Below, in pieces: positions 60,413 through 64,000 of a stretch of DNA of 64,000 nucleotides. A program made the position numbers and the translations under genes. The stretch is from Spongiibacteraceae bacterium (GTDB lineage: Bacteria > Pseudomonadota > Gammaproteobacteria > Pseudomonadales > Dasaniaceae), in contig JANQLG010000012.1 in assembly GCA_028280715.1 (NCBI GenBank), positions 62,211-126,210 on the forward strand, in the 5' to 3' direction. The notes under the pieces are model-generated. The model was not told the origin of the DNA, searched no databases, and saw nothing but the letters and a program-made list of their open reading frames with translations. Every line of letters begins with the position of its first letter. Position 1 is the stretch's first letter.

Positions 60413-60755
60413 CTTTCACCTATGTTTAAAAAAATTATTCATATCTTTCCAAAAGCAAAACTAACACATTAATTATGCTGCACACTCTATACCTATCTAT
60501 ACCTAGCAGTAACCAGCAAACCTCTGCTTTTCTATCTGTCTTAGGAAGATAAACAACTAGACAACAGATATTAATGATAATGATAACTATTTTCAATAAG
60601 ATATTTTATTTAGTGTAGTGCTGATTTAATCTGTACAAGGAGCTGAGCATGGGAGACCGTGATTTTGTTTCTAAAGCGCTCTCCAGGGAGGCTATTTGGC
60701 AGCAATGCACTATCCTAGATAGACAGTTTTATTCACTATCGACATCGAGGCTGAT

Positions 60756-61079
60756 ATGGAAGAGCAGGAAAAAAATCGTTTGATGTTGCAGTTTGAACAC
60801 TTGCTGCGCAAAACCAATAAAGACAATATCAATCCGGTTATAGACTCATTAAGTATTGATGACCTGGAGCCGATCATTAGCTTGGTGGCAAGATGCCGGG
60901 CACGCTATCTCGCTTATGTTCATGACATCAGCAAAAAGTATGAAGGTACAGACGATTTCCCCAATGCAGAGGAGATGGAAAAGCTTAGGAAGTTACGTGT
61001 GGCTTTTGATGAGCTGACTAGTGGGTCTCAGGCGTTTGAGACGTCTATTTTGAGGGGGTATTTGGATGTGAAGGGGTGA
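60756..61079 (+). CDS. Hypothetical protein (107 aa)
   Basis: ORF only, no motif. Confidence 0.3.
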   Translation: MEEQEKNRLMLQFEHLLRKTNKDNINPVIDSLSIDDLEPIISLVARCRARYLAYVHDISKKYEGTDDFPNAEEMEKLRKLRVAFDELTSGSQAFETSILRGYLDVKG

Positions 61080-61259
61080 GAGAAATTAAGGTTCAGTGTT
61101 GTTATCTCATAACGCACAACAAGGGTGAACAAAAGCACGGCTAGACAATACCGTGAAGCAGTACTCTGCTCCAAACACCTCGCCATTGCGCAGTTCCTGC
61201 AGTCCAACTACAATCCAGCGCTATAAAATCTAATAAAGTTCAAGAAGGAGAACTTAGCA

Positions 61260-61697
61260 ATGTCAGCCAATCCAATCCAAGCGATTTCAACTTCTGACAA
61301 CGCAGAAGACTATTTAAACGCGTACTTTGATGCGTGGCGCAGAGGCGATATAGATGAAGTAATGGCTTATTTCACTGACGACGTGGAAATGGTGACGCCT
61401 ATCGGCACACTCCAAGGCAAAGATGCCGTTAGAAACGAATTCGTTGCACCCTTTTGTGTTGCGTTTCCAGGCAATGTACACGAGCCTCAGTGCGTCGTAT
61501 ACAAAGAAGGTGTCGCTTCTGTGGAATGGCGTTTCAAAGCCGAACACCTAGGAGAACTCAACGGAATCCCTGCCAGCGGCCTCAAGACAGATCTACCAGG
61601 GTGCTCGTTCTACTTCCTTGAAGGAAACCTTATCAAAAGCGGACATATCTATTACAACTTACCTACATTTCTTGCACAGATAGGGGTTGAGTCGTAA
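61260..61697 (+). CDS. SnoaL-like/ester cyclase (NTF2 superfamily) protein
   Basis: DYLNAYFDAWRRGDIDEVMAYFTDDVEM... matches the SnoaL-like polyketide cyclase family pattern. Confidence 0.55.
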   Translation: MSANPIQAISTSDNAEDYLNAYFDAWRRGDIDEVMAYFTDDVEMVTPIGTLQGKDAVRNEFVAPFCVAFPGNVHEPQCVVYKEGVASVEWRFKAEHLGELNGIPASGLKTDLPGCSFYFLEGNLIKSGHIYYNLPTFLAQIGVES

Positions 61698-61946
61698 GTT
61701 AGCTAAGGCATTATGTGAAGAGGCGATAACAGAAAACTGTTATCGCCTTTTTTGTTTTTGGAAGAAAAAAATTATTAGGTTGGTTTGGGAATTTAGCGCC
61801 ATAATCGGAATTACTTAAATTATTGGGGAAAGATTTATTTTTGGAATTAAAATGATTCATTTAAATAATTCTGTCCCTATTATTTATTTAACACCCCAAA
61901 AAAGCAGGCCCAAAGCGAAGGTATGGGGTCAGTTTTGCTTACCTTT

Positions 61947-62363
61947 TCAAGTTTTGCTTACCTTCCTTTGAACAAGCTTGATCATATCGTCGATAGTTTT
62001 TGCGTTTTCAGCTTCTGCATCTTCAATGCTTATATTAAACGTATTTTCCAATGCCACAATAATTGCCACATCGACCATAGAATCTGACTTTAGAAGAAAA
62101 GATAAGTCACTTGAGAAATCATCTTCTTTGTGAAGTCTTGATAGATCTACATCTAGCTGTTCTTCCAGTATCCCTATCACGCCACTTACGATTTCAATTG
62201 GCATATCTTCATGTGAATAATATTTATTGTAAAACTCGTTAACCGTTAGTGACTTCCTGCCAAAAAATATTTCATCGAGTTTTTCTTGGTGCTTTCTTTT
62301 ATCTCTTTTTATTGAGAAGTATATGCCTAAGATTAGGATGATTATTAGGGTGATGGTTTCCAT
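61947..62363 (-). CDS. N-terminal TM helix plus acyl-carrier-protein-like domain
   Basis: N-terminal hydrophobic helix (ITLIIILILGIYF). C-terminal DSMVDVAIIVALENTFNISIEDAEAENAKTIDDMIKLV resembles the ACP helix II region with a serine at the phosphopantetheine position (DSM). Confidence 0.4.
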   Translation of the reverse strand: METITLIIILILGIYFSIKRDKRKHQEKLDEIFFGRKSLTVNEFYNKYYSHEDMPIEIVSGVIGILEEQLDVDLSRLHKEDDFSSDLSFLLKSDSMVDVAIIVALENTFNISIEDAEAENAKTIDDMIKLVQRKVSKT

Positions 62364-62457
62364 GAGAGATTAACGCCTAGGAATGTTCAGCTTTGTGGCG
62401 CAGCCGTGCTTAAAACTGTCCAGCCGCAGGCGTTCATTGCGCGTTTTGTTATATGTT

Positions 62458-62811
62458 TTACTTTGGCTCTATTTGCCATGTAGCTTTACCACGCCCATCT
62501 GTTTCTAAAATTGAGTAAATAAACTCAAACTCGAATCCAATTTTTTCATTAGCTAGATATCTTCCAGAGGCCGACATATATTCCTTTAAAAGCTTATCCT
62601 TAACTGAGCTCTCTGAAAAATATACTCGTTTTATAGAGCCCTCGAGCATCCGGCAGCTGTATCCTTTGCACTGGGAGCCTCCACTTATTCTTAGATCTAT
62701 ATAGTCAGTCCCTTTTGAAAATACAGACGCCTTCCCCACGCAAACGCAACTTGAATTAGCAGCCACCTCAAAAGATGCTATTAAAAATATTAAGGCCGTA
62801 TATCTGATCAT
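62458..62811 (-). CDS. Small secreted Cys-containing protein
   Basis: Signal peptide followed by a SSCVCVGK motif. Weak paralog of 63627..63995 (FSCVGK). Confidence 0.35.
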   Translation of the reverse strand: MIRYTALIFLIASFEVAANSSCVCVGKASVFSKGTDYIDLRISGGSQCKGYSCRMLEGSIKRVYFSESSVKDKLLKEYMSASGRYLANEKIGFEFEFIYSILETDGRGKATWQIEPK

Positions 62812-62839
62812 TGGTGCATTGTTTTGTTATGCATTAAAC

Positions 62840-63580
62840 CTATTTTCTCTTAAATTCCTTGACACTTCGCTTATTTCTTTCCATGTATTCTTCCACTAAA
62901 TCTCGAGCTGACTTATGGTCTTGAGACATAAGGTCAACCAACTGTTGTGCGCTTTGAGCCTCTTCTGGAACCACTCTCTTCTCCCATTCAGAGTTAGCGA
63001 CTTCACTTAGATACTTTTGAGCTTCCTCATACCTTTCTAACAGCACTAGCGCCAAACCATAGTCATACGCAATTCGAGTATTTCGATACAATGTGTCTTT
63101 TTCTATCCTTTCGACAAAATATTGCAAAGAATCTTTCTGAACGATCTCACCTATGTAAGGTGACACCTTTGATATAAAGTCTTCCGCAACAATAGAAGAT
63201 TTTCGTTTGATATCAATCTCTCTATCACCTCTAGGTAGATAGTCAGAATAACTGAGTTTCAAACTTAGCTCATTTGCAAATAATGGCTGCAAGAACATTG
63301 ATATTACAGTCCCGCTTGGTTTGTGATCCATTATAAATCCACGCAAAAAATGCTCAGCTCCTGGAACACAAAAATAGCCATCAATCTCGTACCAATCGGG
63401 CTTTCGTTTTAGAATCGGTTTCAAAAACTTCCACCTAATTGCCTTCACATACCAAACTTCAAAAATTGATGTTACCGGCATTTCTACCTCATGCTGATAG
63501 ATTGAGCAGATGCATAACGCCGCCATATGGGGCAGCTTTGTAGTTGATTTATTTTGTGCTAGCGTAGAGACAAAGCACAT
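62840..63580 (-). CDS. Hypothetical cytoplasmic protein
   Basis: ORF in the AT-rich terminal patch. True start possibly internal (MPVTSIF). Confidence 0.35.
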   Translation of the reverse strand: MCFVSTLAQNKSTTKLPHMAALCICSIYQHEVEMPVTSIFEVWYVKAIRWKFLKPILKRKPDWYEIDGYFCVPGAEHFLRGFIMDHKPSGTVISMFLQPLFANELSLKLSYSDYLPRGDREIDIKRKSSIVAEDFISKVSPYIGEIVQKDSLQYFVERIEKDTLYRNTRIAYDYGLALVLLERYEEAQKYLSEVANSEWEKRVVPEEAQSAQQLVDLMSQDHKSARDLVEEYMERNKRSVKEFKRK

Positions 63581-63626
63581 TATGAAGCAACGGAGAAGCT
63601 GTCCCTCATGATGGCTTTGTTAGCTT

Positions 63627-63995
63627 TTATCTTTTGCTACGATCTAAGGAAACAAACCTAGCTGTTGCTAACTCCCAAGGAGCGAAATTGCTACAGTTAG
63701 TACCGGTTGCAACGTTATCAAAAAAAACACTCATTTCCATATCCATTGCAAAAGCTGATAGCAATGTACTGTAAGCCAACTTACATTGCTCTGGTGAAAC
63801 AGGGTACACGCTGCCACGACTATCTTCCGGACTGCAAATATTTACAACAGTATTCATTGATGTAAGTTTGAGGATAACTCTATTAGTACCGTGAATCCCC
63901 ACTTTATCGATTTTACCAACACACGAAAAACTATTGGCGGCATATGCAGTATTAATATTTATAAATAAAATAATTGGAACTAGAAATTTTGACAT
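63627..63995 (-). CDS. Small secreted Cys-containing protein (paralog)
   Basis: Signal peptide, FSCVGK motif, 5 cysteines. Confidence 0.35.
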   Translation of the reverse strand: MSKFLVPIILFININTAYAANSFSCVGKIDKVGIHGTNRVILKLTSMNTVVNICSPEDSRGSVYPVSPEQCKLAYSTLLSAFAMDMEMSVFFDNVATGTNCSNFAPWELATARFVSLDRSKR

Positions 63996-64000
63996 TTTTT

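Overview
This 64 kb window looks like a gammaproteobacterial chromosome. It has the conserved thrS-infC-rpmI-rplT-pheS-pheT-ihfA block at 50.6-57.9 kb and is roughly 45% GC. All calls below come from reading the ORF translations and DNA by eye, with no database searches.

The first ~19 kb is ordinary-looking accessory content:
- a partial LysR regulator, a GAF-GGDEF diguanylate cyclase and a DASS/SLC13 symporter;
- a TetR-MFP-RND efflux operon;
- a secreted S1/P1 nuclease next to a Tat-secreted PhoX-like protein;
- an acyl-CoA desaturase;
- a saccharopine-dehydrogenase-like gene flanked by two DUF4166 paralogs, one of which is disrupted.

Two regions stand out.

(A) A co-oriented (minus strand) RNA-repair supercluster at about 20.3-34.2 kb. 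Its parts are:
- rtcR (sigma54 activator) divergent from rtcB, with a sigma54-type promoter in between;
- a 292-nt non-coding spacer between rtcB and rtcA that ends in a perfect tRNA-like T-arm/acceptor/ACCA module;
- rtcA;
- an 8-gene tightly packed tRNA array (Asn-Tyr-His-Gln-Cys-Pro-Lys-Leu-like) with several atypical tRNAs;
- an HNH endonuclease;
- an AU-rich tRNA-Met(CAT);
- a cytoplasmic SPFH protein, cca, and two Pol-beta-type nucleotidyltransferases;
- an unknown 314-aa protein, a 61-aa basic protein, and a second rtcB paralog.

(B) A minus-strand envelope/stress-like operon at about 37.5-49.6 kb. Its parts are:
- a YjfI-like (DUF2170) protein and a PspA/IM30 protein;
- a YqiJ (NfeD-like) protein and a YqiK flotillin;
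- a 1775-aa coiled-coil protein with a single AAA_5-type ATPase domain;
- a rhomboid protease;
- an MtfA/M90 peptidase fused to a SEC-C motif;
- a zinc-ribbon protein and a TerB-like protein.

The 3' end of the window (61.9-64 kb) is an AT-rich patch of small secreted Cys-containing proteins and a TM-ACP-like protein. No CRISPR array, integrase or transposase was found.
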